Origin: an uncultured Lentisphaeria bacterium
GTDB lineage: Bacteria; Verrucomicrobiota; Lentisphaeria; JABSQK01; JAJFLO01
Direction of reading: 5' to 3'
Assembly (NCBI GenBank): GCA_951812855.1
Contig: OX638337.1
Location: 1,350,001 to 1,382,000 of the forward strand
Length of the DNA stretch: 32,000 nt
Shown here: piece by piece, positions 7,451-16,643 of the stretch
How positions within the stretch are numbered: position 1 is the first letter of the stretch
How the letters are laid out: every line of letters begins with the position of its first letter
Program-made: the position numbers and the translations under genes
The notes under the pieces: generated by a model
What the model was told of the DNA's origin: nothing
Databases searched by the model: none
Seen by the model: the letters and a program-made list of their open reading frames with translations, nothing else

Positions 7451-10045
7451 GTGCAACAAATTTATTCAATTTATAGTTCTTTATTAGTTTTTGCTTTTGT
7501 AGTCTGTAGTTTACATGCCGGTGTGAATCAGGTTCGGATAAACGGAACTCAAACGAATTTCAACACAGGAGATTCTGTATTTATTGATGTTGTATTTGAT
7601 GAAGTTGTTACGGTTTCATTAACGGGGAATATCCCGTATTTAAAACTGCAGATGAATCACAATTCTGTTGTTAATGCAGATTTAGTCAGAGGCAGTGGTT
7701 CTGAAACATTAACATTTTTATACAAAATTAAAAATGGCGATTCCTCGTCTAAGTTAAATTATCCGGATGTTACATCTCTAATATTAAATAACAGCCAGAT
7801 TTTTATTCAGGGAACATCTACGCCTGCAACTATTTTGCTTCCCCGGACGACCAGTGCCGAGTCGTTAGGAAATTCCAATATTGTTATAACGGACAATAAA
7901 CCACCTCAGATTATTTCTTCTTATGTCACAGGTGACCTAACGTACCGGAGTCTGATACCTGCACCTGGTGGAAAGGTCTGTTTCCAGTCAGCGCCTGAAT
8001 GCAGTGGTACAGGATATATATATGTTGAATTTGATGAAGGTCTTGCAGGCGGTATTGATTCAACGTATTTCAATATTTCGGCAGCTAATCAAAATCCGCC
8101 TCAATTTTGCAGTTTAACTAATGGTAACGGCGGTACGTTAACCAGTGGGGACACGGTTATTCGTCTTGAGTATAAATTGGAATTTTTAAGCCCAAGTTTA
8201 AAATTTGATCTTCAGGTAATAAAGAATATTTCAGATCTTAACAGCAACGAAATGCAGGCGGGGCCCGGAGCCCCTGTATCTCGATCACTGGAAGCGAATG
8301 GACCTGGCCGATATCGTATGGAGTTGGTGGATAATCCCGCGGCTCCTGCTAAGACCACTCGAATTTTAATTGGGTTGGGCAATACGGATCCACGTTGTGA
8401 TGAAGATCATGATCATGTAGATAAAAAGAGTACTGAACTTTATATTCAGGTTCCCGATGTCATAACGTCTGACCCGTTTTTTTCATCATCGATATTTGAC
8501 AATTATATCCAGAATACGGTTTATAAGTTCACTATCTTTGCGAAACCAACCTCAGCTGAACCCATTATCCGTACATTGCGCTGGACTTCGACTTTACAGT
8601 CTGGTGATGGTGCACAAATCGACCTAAACGACGATTATGTCTTGTATATTCGATCATTAGCGGGGGACAATACACTTCTGAAATCCCCCGTAAACATGTT
8701 GAGTGCGAGTTCAATCGGGTCTCATACTTTTTCAACCGAGACTGGATTTGAAGTCTTGTATGGTCCAATACAAAAGATTGATTCACAAAATCCGACAATT
8801 TTATCCTGTCCGCCTGCAAGAACATTGAGGATTGCTCCTGGAGAATCCAGCGTGCCGGTTCCCGACCTGACCGGAGAAATTTTGGCTTCGGACGATTTTG
8901 ACAGCACTTTGACGGTGTCACAGAATATCGCGGCGAATACCGCAATTGGATCTGGCGTTCATATTATAAAACTTACCGTTGAAGATGATGTGTTTCGACA
9001 ATCCAGTTGTGGTGTACAAATCACTGTTCCGGCAGATAATGAAGATCCCAAAATCGTCAATTGTCCATCCAGTGATATAAACGTTAATGCAAATGAAAAT
9101 TGCCAGGCAGCCGTCAGCTGGACAGAACCCACTGCAACGGATAATTGCCCTTCTGTTAATTTATCATCTAATTTTACACCGCCCCATACTTTTCCTGTGG
9201 GAACAACGACGGTAACGTATACAGCAACAGATGCGGCATCAAATTCTGTGGAATGTCGTTTTGATGTTGTTGTTAAAGATAATACGGTGCCTGTAATTAC
9301 TGTTGATCCGGGAGACGTTACTTTACCGCTTAATTCAAGTGCACCTGATCGACTGTCAGGCGTATCTGTAATTGATAATTGCAGTAATTCGTTAACACCT
9401 AATGATATTATTTTAGGGGGCGATACGGTGGATATGACGACGGCAGGTAATTATACCGTCACCTATAACATTTCCGACAGTGCTGCAAATGCTGCTGTAA
9501 GCCGGTCACGTACTTATCGAATAGTTATTGGTTCCCGGAATATGGCGTTACAGCCCGGCTGGAACAATATTTCGTTATCACTGGAACCCGATGATCGATT
9601 GATTCGCACACTTTTCAGCAATGTCATTGCCGCAAATAATCTGAAGGAGGTACTCGGTAATGGTGATTCATTCAATCCGAATAAATCAGATTCTTTAAAC
9701 ACTCTGAAAGTACTGGAAATCGGTAAGGGATATTGGGTGAATCTCACTACTGGCGTGACGTTGACAATTGAAGGTATGATGATTGATTCGAACAAAATGA
9801 TAACATTAAATGCCGGTTGGAACAATATTGGTTATTTTCCAGGTGATGAAAGAGATGTTAGAGTTACTTTAAGTGACTTGATTGATGCAGGGACTCCCCA
9901 GGATTCAAATTTGATTTGTATTATCGGGGGAGGGAAGAGTTATAACCCGCGATTACCGGATTCATTAAATACTTTGTCAACACTAAATCCTGGTCGCAGC
10001 TATTGGATTAAAGTCAATACCAATGGTAGTTTTATGTATAGATAA
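7451..10045 (+). CDS. Large secreted surface/adhesin-like protein: N-terminal Ig-like domains, an HYR domain, a DUF5011 domain, and two C-terminal GWN...GYW modules
   Basis: GTG is the only start available after the in-frame TAA at 7445-7447, and it gives the signal peptide (M)QQIYSIYSSLLVFAFVVCSLHA. The HYR signature is DPKIVNCPSSDINVNANENCQAAVSWTEPTATDNCPSV...FPVGTTTVTYTATDAASNSVECRFDVVV. The DUF5011 signature is VPVITVDPGDVTLPLNS...GNYTVTYNISDSAANAA. The C-terminus carries GWNNISL...GKGYWVNL and GWNNIGY...GRSYWIKV. Confidence 0.85.
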   Translation: MQQIYSIYSSLLVFAFVVCSLHAGVNQVRINGTQTNFNTGDSVFIDVVFDEVVTVSLTGNIPYLKLQMNHNSVVNADLVRGSGSETLTFLYKIKNGDSSSKLNYPDVTSLILNNSQIFIQGTSTPATILLPRTTSAESLGNSNIVITDNKPPQIISSYVTGDLTYRSLIPAPGGKVCFQSAPECSGTGYIYVEFDEGLAGGIDSTYFNISAANQNPPQFCSLTNGNGGTLTSGDTVIRLEYKLEFLSPSLKFDLQVIKNISDLNSNEMQAGPGAPVSRSLEANGPGRYRMELVDNPAAPAKTTRILIGLGNTDPRCDEDHDHVDKKSTELYIQVPDVITSDPFFSSSIFDNYIQNTVYKFTIFAKPTSAEPIIRTLRWTSTLQSGDGAQIDLNDDYVLYIRSLAGDNTLLKSPVNMLSASSIGSHTFSTETGFEVLYGPIQKIDSQNPTILSCPPARTLRIAPGESSVPVPDLTGEILASDDFDSTLTVSQNIAANTAIGSGVHIIKLTVEDDVFRQSSCGVQITVPADNEDPKIVNCPSSDINVNANENCQAAVSWTEPTATDNCPSVNLSSNFTPPHTFPVGTTTVTYTATDAASNSVECRFDVVVKDNTVPVITVDPGDVTLPLNSSAPDRLSGVSVIDNCSNSLTPNDIILGGDTVDMTTAGNYTVTYNISDSAANAAVSRSRTYRIVIGSRNMALQPGWNNISLSLEPDDRLIRTLFSNVIAANNLKEVLGNGDSFNPNKSDSLNTLKVLEIGKGYWVNLTTGVTLTIEGMMIDSNKMITLNAGWNNIGYFPGDERDVRVTLSDLIDAGTPQDSNLICIIGGGKSYNPRLPDSLNTLSTLNPGRSYWIKVNTNGSFMYR

Positions 10046-10082
10046 AATATTATCAATTCATATATAAATATCGGAATAATTT

Positions 10083-10325
10083 ATGAGTAGAAAAATAGTA
10101 ATTGTTATTTCAATCCTGATCCTTATTGCAGGATGTACATCGATCCGCAAGACCAAAGAATTTTCGACTGACCATCCCGCAAACTCTGCCGGAACAGAAC
10201 AGGCGGATTCGACATCAAAAAATTATATGGCTCAGGATTATTTAGAAAAGAAATCCAGTGAACAATTAAAGCATGTTAAAGAAATGCCCGAAGGTTCACA
10301 TCATCACGAAGGATCCCATCATTAA
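10083..10325 (+). CDS. Small lipoprotein with a His-rich C-terminal tail (putative periplasmic metal-binding protein)
   Basis: Lipobox ILILIAGC. The C-terminus reads ..MPEGSHHHEGSHH. The stop codon abuts the ATG of the following TolC-family gene (10326), which suggests translational coupling. Confidence 0.65.
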   Translation: MSRKIVIVISILILIAGCTSIRKTKEFSTDHPANSAGTEQADSTSKNYMAQDYLEKKSSEQLKHVKEMPEGSHHHEGSHH

Positions 10326-11786
10326 ATGAATCCTCTAAAGCGGAAAATATTAAATTATTTTATAATTATATCATTGGTAATTGTCAGTGGTTGTAAGACA
10401 TATCGTTATGAAGCTGATCTGATGAATGTTAAATCGGACGCGATGATGCGGTTAAGTGCTGCTGACGATATGGATTTTCTTACATCTCACCCTAATGATG
10501 ATAACGAGGTTAATTCAATCATAGGGAAAATACTTGAAAATGAGTTAACGCTAAATTCTGCAATTCAGTTAACGGTATTAAATAACCCTGAACTACAGGC
10601 ATCATTCGAAAAATTGGGTATTCAGAAAGCGGAGCTGATGCAGGCGGCGATTTTACCTAATCCAAATGTTCACATTGACAGAATGGAATCACATAGCGGT
10701 CGATTTCTACCCCACGCCCGGCAATATGCTCAGATTCACTGGTCTGTTTCAATTGATTTGCTTGATTTACTTTCGAAACCAAATTTGGCTAAGATTTCCA
10801 GGGCACAGGTAGAGATAGCAAAAATGCGTCTGACAAATCAACTTTTAGATAAAATCAATGATGTATCGAAAGCGGTGCACAATTTTTTATATGAGAAAAA
10901 ACATTTGAATCTTTTAGAAGAAATATTTGAAGGCAGCGAGGCAAAACTCGAATTGGCAATCGAACAACATAAAGCCGGTAACATCAGTGATCTGGACCTT
11001 GTAGAACAAGAAATGGAATATCAAAATGACAAATTGAACGTGAATGGTCAGCAATATAAGACCCTTGTTGCCAGGGAAAAACTGAACAGATTGATGGGGT
11101 TGTGGGGAACTATGACAGAATGGGTTATGCATTCAGAATTTCCCAGGGTTAAGGAAATTAACCTGACACGCTCGGAACTGATAACATCAGCAATTGAACG
11201 TAATCTCGAAATAGCAGCCGCATCTTATGAAATTAACGTTTATAAACGGCAACATTCGATGAATAAAGCAATGATTATACCTTCATTTGAGTTTGGAGTT
11301 TCACGGGAAAAAGAAGATGGACATGATCCGACGTCTGGACGTTCTGTCGCATTTGAATTACCAATATTTGACCATAATCAAAGTGAAACAAACAGATTGT
11401 CCGCGATGATTCAGAAGCAGGAAAAAGAAATTAGAGCAATATCGATTAATTTACGTTCTCAATTAAAACTTCTTCATGCCCTGTATACGGGTCTGAGGAA
11501 AAAGCTGACCTATTATGAAAACGCTGTTTTACCGATTCGAAAAAAGTATTTATCACTTTCTGAGCGCCATTATAATGGTATGTTTATAGGGCCCTATGAA
11601 TTACTGGATGTAAAGCGATCCGAACTTGAAGCTCAGCAGGATTACGATCGTATCCTGCGAGATTATCTCAATGCAGCCTCAGATTTAAACCATGCTCTTG
11701 CAGGCGGTTATGCAGGAGGCTCAGGGATGTTTACAGGTGACGTAAAAACATCAAATGTGCGTCGGGAAAAGGATTCTGGACACTGA
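10326..11786 (+). CDS. TolC-family outer-membrane efflux lipoprotein (NodT/CusC-like OMF)
   Basis: 486 aa with lipobox LVIVSGC. It has the two-repeat coiled OEP architecture: ..LTLNSAIQLTVLNNPELQA..., later ..LITSAIERNLEIAAASYEINV..., and a C-terminal ..AQQDYDRILRDYLNAASDLNHALAGG. Confidence 0.8.
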   Translation: MNPLKRKILNYFIIISLVIVSGCKTYRYEADLMNVKSDAMMRLSAADDMDFLTSHPNDDNEVNSIIGKILENELTLNSAIQLTVLNNPELQASFEKLGIQKAELMQAAILPNPNVHIDRMESHSGRFLPHARQYAQIHWSVSIDLLDLLSKPNLAKISRAQVEIAKMRLTNQLLDKINDVSKAVHNFLYEKKHLNLLEEIFEGSEAKLELAIEQHKAGNISDLDLVEQEMEYQNDKLNVNGQQYKTLVAREKLNRLMGLWGTMTEWVMHSEFPRVKEINLTRSELITSAIERNLEIAAASYEINVYKRQHSMNKAMIIPSFEFGVSREKEDGHDPTSGRSVAFELPIFDHNQSETNRLSAMIQKQEKEIRAISINLRSQLKLLHALYTGLRKKLTYYENAVLPIRKKYLSLSERHYNGMFIGPYELLDVKRSELEAQQDYDRILRDYLNAASDLNHALAGGYAGGSGMFTGDVKTSNVRREKDSGH

Positions 11787-11839
11787 TTTTGGCGGCACGA
11801 AACGGCTAAAAATAAAATTATGAATGAAGGGATATATCA

Positions 11840-13072
11840 TTGAAGCATAAATCAACATTATTGTTAATAAAAATCGTTTTAGTATTGATATTTTTTACCT
11901 TAAATTCATTAGGAACCAGTAACCCATCCTATACTCCTGTCATTACTCCGGATGGTTCGACCCTTCCCTATAAAATGGTTGATGGTGTCAAGGTTTTTCA
12001 TTTAATAGCAGAGCGGGTAAAGCGTGAATTTGCACCGGGATTTTTTGTTGACTGCTGGGGATATAACGGACAGACTCCGGGACCCACCATTGAAGCGGTG
12101 GAAGGGGATCGCGTCCGTATTCTTGTGACTAATAAATTACCGGAACATACGACGATTCATTGGCATGGTTTATTCCTGCCCAATGGCATGGATGGTGTTG
12201 GCGGGTTGACCCAACGGTATATCGATCCGGGGGAAACGTATCTATATGAATTTGATCTCGTGCAGCATGGTACATTTATGTATCATCCCCATGCGGATGA
12301 AGCTGTACAGATGGCACTTGGGATGGAAGGATTTTTTGTTATTCATCCTAAAACGCCTCCCTATAAAGTTGATCATGACTATGCTGTTTTTCTTCACATG
12401 TGGCAGATCCCTCCCGGCACCAGTAAACCCAATCCCAATGCCATGTTTGATTTTAATTACTTCTCTTTCAATAGTCGTGTTTATCCGGGAACAGCACCTG
12501 TTTTAGCAAGGGAAAACAGTCTTATCCGCGTTAGATTTGCGAATTTAAGTATGGAAAGCCACCCGATTCATATTCATGGTGTGTCATTTAAGGTAACGGC
12601 CACTGAAGGAGGAGATATTCCAGAGTCAGCACAACGGCCTACAACAACCGTAAATGTTCCTCCGGGCACTGTTAAAACGATTGAGTTTGTTCCGGAATAT
12701 TCCGGTGATTGGCCGTTTCATTGCCATAAAGCTCATCATGCCATGAATGCAATGGAGCATAATCTTCCCAACATGATCGGCGTGAATCAGACGAATGCCG
12801 ACAAAAAAATTCAGAAATTATTTCCGAATTACATGTCGATGGGCACAAATGGGATGGGAGACATGCAAGACCACAGCGAACACATGCCGGGACCGAAAAA
12901 TACTCCGCCCATGATGATGGGAAAGGGGCCATTTGCAAATATAAGTATGGGAGGGATGTTTACTGTACTTAAAGTAAGAAAAGAACTCACCCCGGACTCC
13001 GCATCAACATGGTACGATCATCCTCCGGGAACTGTTTCCAGAAAAGTTGATATCGAAGAAGATGGAAAGTAA
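11840..13072 (+). CDS. Compact multicopper oxidase (two-cupredoxin-domain size) with a Met/His-rich C-terminal extension
   Basis: All four MCO copper motifs are present: HWH (107-109), HPH (149-151), HPIHIH (241-246) and HCHKAHHAMNAM (294-305). A TTG start is needed to retain the signal peptide (M)KHKSTLLLIKIVLVLIFFTLNSLG, since the next ATG is at codon 46. The tail reads YMSMGTNGMGDMQDHSEHMPGPKNTPPMMMGKG. Confidence 0.85.
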   Translation: MKHKSTLLLIKIVLVLIFFTLNSLGTSNPSYTPVITPDGSTLPYKMVDGVKVFHLIAERVKREFAPGFFVDCWGYNGQTPGPTIEAVEGDRVRILVTNKLPEHTTIHWHGLFLPNGMDGVGGLTQRYIDPGETYLYEFDLVQHGTFMYHPHADEAVQMALGMEGFFVIHPKTPPYKVDHDYAVFLHMWQIPPGTSKPNPNAMFDFNYFSFNSRVYPGTAPVLARENSLIRVRFANLSMESHPIHIHGVSFKVTATEGGDIPESAQRPTTTVNVPPGTVKTIEFVPEYSGDWPFHCHKAHHAMNAMEHNLPNMIGVNQTNADKKIQKLFPNYMSMGTNGMGDMQDHSEHMPGPKNTPPMMMGKGPFANISMGGMFTVLKVRKELTPDSASTWYDHPPGTVSRKVDIEEDGK

Positions 13073-13378
13073 TTAGTGAATCAGAACTGATGCCGGTTTC
13101 CTGTCGCTGGATTTAAAACCTCACTCCTGTGTTTCAAACCTATTTAAACAAATACTATTCAGTAAAGAAATTTGGTAAAAGTAATCTATACTCACGTATC
13201 CCGCATCTATTGACAGCAGGGAGCATAAGAATAAAAACATTGATTGTAATTACGAGTTAAGATTTATGATTTAGACTTGGGATTAGGAACACGATGACCA
13301 TTAACAATGGTCAATTAAAATGAGGTTGATTTGTTGAAGTCCAGGGTCTTCGGGCCGGCACATGTTTCAGTAAGTAAA

Positions 13379-14644
13379 TTATTCCTGAACGTAATTCGTT
13401 ATAGAGCTGATGAGGCTGGACCAATTACTATTTGGCTCAATTTGAGATAATAGTTCCAGTATTTCCAACGCTTCAACCCAGTTTTCCGCCTGCATCCATA
13501 GTTCTAATTCCAGTCGAAGTGCCTGGAGTTTTACGTTGGAAAACGATCGTGCAATCCGGAAACTGTTTAGTGCATCCTGTACTTTGTCGGCTTTTGAGTA
13601 CAGCTTACCCAGAAGAATATATGCTTCCCCATATCCAGCGTCCATTTCTGTTGCTTTTTTAGCAAAATTTGTTGCACCGATTATGTCTCCTTTAAGCTGG
13701 CATGCGTATGCACAATAATATATCGCCCTGGCATTTGTTGGATCTTGTTCTCTGAGTGACGAAGAAAGCCTGTCCAATTCTTCGATTTTTTCAAGTGAAA
13801 TCAGTGTTTCCAGAAAGGTGATTAATTTTTTATTATGCAGTGGCTTTTTCTGATGCGATTCGCTGAAAATAGTTGACGCTTCCCGGATTAATCCTTCATT
13901 TAAGTAAAGTTCTCCCAGTAACCAGAGGTAATCATCGGATAATTCGTCATGATACAATCGAGTTTCCTCAAGGATATCTATGGCATCATTTATTTTATCA
14001 GCTTCAATTGCTGCATGAATGCGTATTGTCCAGGCTGCAATATCGGTTGAACCCAGTATCATTGCCATATTAGCAATTTTTGCTGCCTCACTAAAGCGGT
14101 TCTGTTGAAAAAGACTGTAGGCTAAGAGAATATGCAGTTCCGGATCTTTTGGATTTGTTAATATTGCCCAGCGAAGAAGTTGTTCCCCTGCTATTGGCTG
14201 GTTTATCTTAGAATAGGCATCATTTAACAATTTCATCGTATCATTATCAGCACCGTCAACTTTAATTCCTGCCAATAAATCTTCTATTCCGGCAAGATGA
14301 TTATCCAGTCTTAGATTTAATCGGCCCCTGTTCATCCGGGCGTTTGGAAATGTATTGTCAAGTTTCAATACTTCACTAAAATACTCAGCGGCTTTCGAAA
14401 TTTGATTTTTGTCAATTTCAATTAAACCGGCCTGGTAGAGTAACGACGCTGTCCGCATGGTTTTTAATGAGTCATGTAAAAACAGTTCTGCAGCGTTTTT
14501 ATCTGTCTTTTTCAGTGATTCAAACTGTTGAATGATGGAAAATTCTTCCGGAGAAACATCAACAGCATATACTTGGTTTGTAAGTATAGAAGTACTGAAT
14601 ATTATGGCAAAGCAAAGAATAATTATAGTGTGGATAAAATTCAT
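13379..14644 (-). CDS. Exported TPR-repeat protein, last gene of the TonB2-type cluster (TtpD-like position)
   Basis: Signal peptide MNFIHTIIILCFAIIFSTSILTNQVYA. There are multiple TPR-like A/Y/L-patterned repeats (..EAYILLGKLYSKADKVQDALNSF..). It lies 10 nt downstream of tonB on the same strand. Confidence 0.75.
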   Translation of the reverse strand: MNFIHTIIILCFAIIFSTSILTNQVYAVDVSPEEFSIIQQFESLKKTDKNAAELFLHDSLKTMRTASLLYQAGLIEIDKNQISKAAEYFSEVLKLDNTFPNARMNRGRLNLRLDNHLAGIEDLLAGIKVDGADNDTMKLLNDAYSKINQPIAGEQLLRWAILTNPKDPELHILLAYSLFQQNRFSEAAKIANMAMILGSTDIAAWTIRIHAAIEADKINDAIDILEETRLYHDELSDDYLWLLGELYLNEGLIREASTIFSESHQKKPLHNKKLITFLETLISLEKIEELDRLSSSLREQDPTNARAIYYCAYACQLKGDIIGATNFAKKATEMDAGYGEAYILLGKLYSKADKVQDALNSFRIARSFSNVKLQALRLELELWMQAENWVEALEILELLSQIEPNSNWSSLISSITNYVQE

Positions 14645-14654
14645 TGATATTTGG

Positions 14655-15377
14655 CTAATTTAATTCAAATGTAAATTTTTGACGACAGCGGGTAAGCACC
14701 GCTTGTTGATCTTTAATTCCCGGCTTGAATCGCCATTTATAAATTGTCCTGAGTGCCGATTGATGAAACCGTCTCGAGCTGGAATTAATGATGTCTGCAT
14801 TGATAACGCTGCCATTTTCATCAACAATAAATGCGACTTCGACCCAACCTTCCATACCTGATTTTTTGGCTGATAATGGATATACGGGTTCACTTCGTGA
14901 TACCGGGACCGGTCGCTGGTCAACACGTGACACATCGAATAAATTAGTTTCGGCTTCAGATGAATCGGTAATCTGATTTTCGTCTCCGGGTTCCACAGAT
15001 ACTGTAATGGCTGATAACGAATTCACGGGTAATAAATTCATATTTAAGTTGCGTGACAGCGGTTTCATTGATATCGGTGACATGGGCGGTGGAGTTGTGA
15101 TCAATTTTTGTTTAAGCAATTTTGGTTTTGGCTTAATTATTTTCTTTGGTTTTAAGGGTTCTTTTGGAATAACCGGATTTAACGGCTCTTTTTTTATATT
15201 TGTCAGATTGATTTCTTTCAGATCATACTGTTTTACCATTTTTACATCAGTCTGTCTCAAATAGTAAATGACCAACAATAAAATTACATTGATTGCCAAT
15301 GTTGTAATTACAGCAAAAACAGCATTCCTGGCAACGGCTGAACTGTTTGAACTGAAGATGTCATAATTGTGTGACAT
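14655..15377 (-). CDS. tonB: TonB energy-transducer protein
   Basis: It has an N-terminal TM anchor and a Pro/Lys-rich spacer (PLNPVIPKEPLKPKKIIKPKPKLLKQKLITTPPP). The C-terminal TonB_C reads ..PVYPLSAKKSGMEGWVEVAFIVDENGSVINADIINSS..ALRTIYKWRFKPG... Confidence 0.85.
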   Translation of the reverse strand: MSHNYDIFSSNSSAVARNAVFAVITTLAINVILLLVIYYLRQTDVKMVKQYDLKEINLTNIKKEPLNPVIPKEPLKPKKIIKPKPKLLKQKLITTPPPMSPISMKPLSRNLNMNLLPVNSLSAITVSVEPGDENQITDSSEAETNLFDVSRVDQRPVPVSRSEPVYPLSAKKSGMEGWVEVAFIVDENGSVINADIINSSSRRFHQSALRTIYKWRFKPGIKDQQAVLTRCRQKFTFELN

Positions 15378-15449
15378 AGTGTGTTATCGATGCTTGATTT
15401 TTCGTGATTTATTCTTATTTCGGATGGAATTAACAACCAACACTGCCTG

Positions 15450-15866
15450 CTATTCCTTTTCCGATGCAAGACTGATTTTTTGAGCACCGGCTAACTTACA
15501 TTCATCAATAACATCAATCAGAGTTGCATTACGGGAGTTTGCATCTGCAATGATTGTTACCGGCTTATCTTTTTTACCGACTAACTCTCGTTTAACTATT
15601 GCTCGCAATGATAATAGATTTGTCTTTTTTCCACTATGAAAAATGTCACCATTTGCAGTAATTCCGATCATGATACTCTGGTTTTTTAACTGGTCTGCGG
15701 TTGCTGCAGAGGGTTTATCAACAGTAATTCCTGTTTCCTTCACAAAACTGGTCGTAACAATGAAAAAAATCAACAGGATGAAAACCATATCAATCAGCGG
15801 TGAAATATTAATATCGGTCTGATTATTACGGTTACTGTTATAATGATCGTAAATTTTTGAATGCAT
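15450..15866 (-). CDS. exbD: ExbD/TolR-family biopolymer transport protein
   Basis: 138 aa. ..DINISPLIDMVFILLIFFIVTTSF.. is followed by a periplasmic domain. Its position between exbB and tonB fits the family. Confidence 0.85.
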   Translation of the reverse strand: MHSKIYDHYNSNRNNQTDINISPLIDMVFILLIFFIVTTSFVKETGITVDKPSAATADQLKNQSIMIGITANGDIFHSGKKTNLLSLRAIVKRELVGKKDKPVTIIADANSRNATLIDVIDECKLAGAQKISLASEKE

Positions 15867-15938
15867 TAGATTCTATCCATCTTTTTCTTAATCTTAACTT
15901 TTGCTCATACTCTTGTTTTTATTCTTTCTCATTCTTTC

Positions 15939-16574
15939 TCATGAACCGGGCTCAACGACATTATCCATTTCATCAATACTCTGAATGAGAACCATACTTG
16001 TTTCTTCCAGTTTAAATACAATCCATTCTTCCCACCGGCTGATTTTGCGTTCAACAAAAATTGCGGGGACGGCAATCAGTAAGCCAACCTGAGTCGTGAT
16101 CATCGCCCGGCTTATACCTCGTGCAATTAAGCCGGGTTCGGATGTACCGGCAACTGTAATAACATTAAACGTTTCAATCATACCCCAAACCGTGCCAAGC
16201 AACCCTAATAAAGGTGCACTATTTATGAGACAGCGAATTAAATGATGATCATATTTAAACCATTCAATAACATCATTGGCAGCCGAGTGTATAGACGCCC
16301 TTAATTTCTTAGTGTCATGGGTGGCGATATATCTAAAAAATACTAATTCAATACCTGTAAGGGTGGCAAATAGGCTGTCAGCATTGACATCTTTTTCTGA
16401 GATCAATGACTGACCAATGTTTTTAATCTCTGAAACCTGACAAAATTTATGCTGTGCAAGTTGATTAATTCTCATCATTAGCAACAGCCAAATGACTACG
16501 CTGAGAATGCCAAGCGGCCAAATGATAATGCCGCCAGTATCAATTAAACTGTTAATTATGTCGATGATTATCAT
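15939..16574 (-). CDS. exbB: MotA/TolQ/ExbB proton-channel protein
   Basis: 211 aa with three TM segments. The conserved C-terminal region reads ..LGLLGTVWGMIETF...ISRAMITTQVGLLIAVPAIF. Confidence 0.85.
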   Translation of the reverse strand: MIIIDIINSLIDTGGIIIWPLGILSVVIWLLLMMRINQLAQHKFCQVSEIKNIGQSLISEKDVNADSLFATLTGIELVFFRYIATHDTKKLRASIHSAANDVIEWFKYDHHLIRCLINSAPLLGLLGTVWGMIETFNVITVAGTSEPGLIARGISRAMITTQVGLLIAVPAIFVERKISRWEEWIVFKLEETSMVLIQSIDEMDNVVEPGS

Positions 16575-16643
16575 AATTTAGATTTGTTAATGAAAGTCCA
16601 GGGTTGATTTTCTTTCAAACTTGACTCGTGAATAGTTGACCAT

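Noticed and set aside
13296-13312. Hairpin GACCATT-aac-AATGGTC between the convergent oxidase and TPR genes, considered as a bidirectional terminator
   Set aside because: The stem is short and AT-rich with a 3-nt loop and no flanking T-run on either strand. That is not enough to call a terminator.
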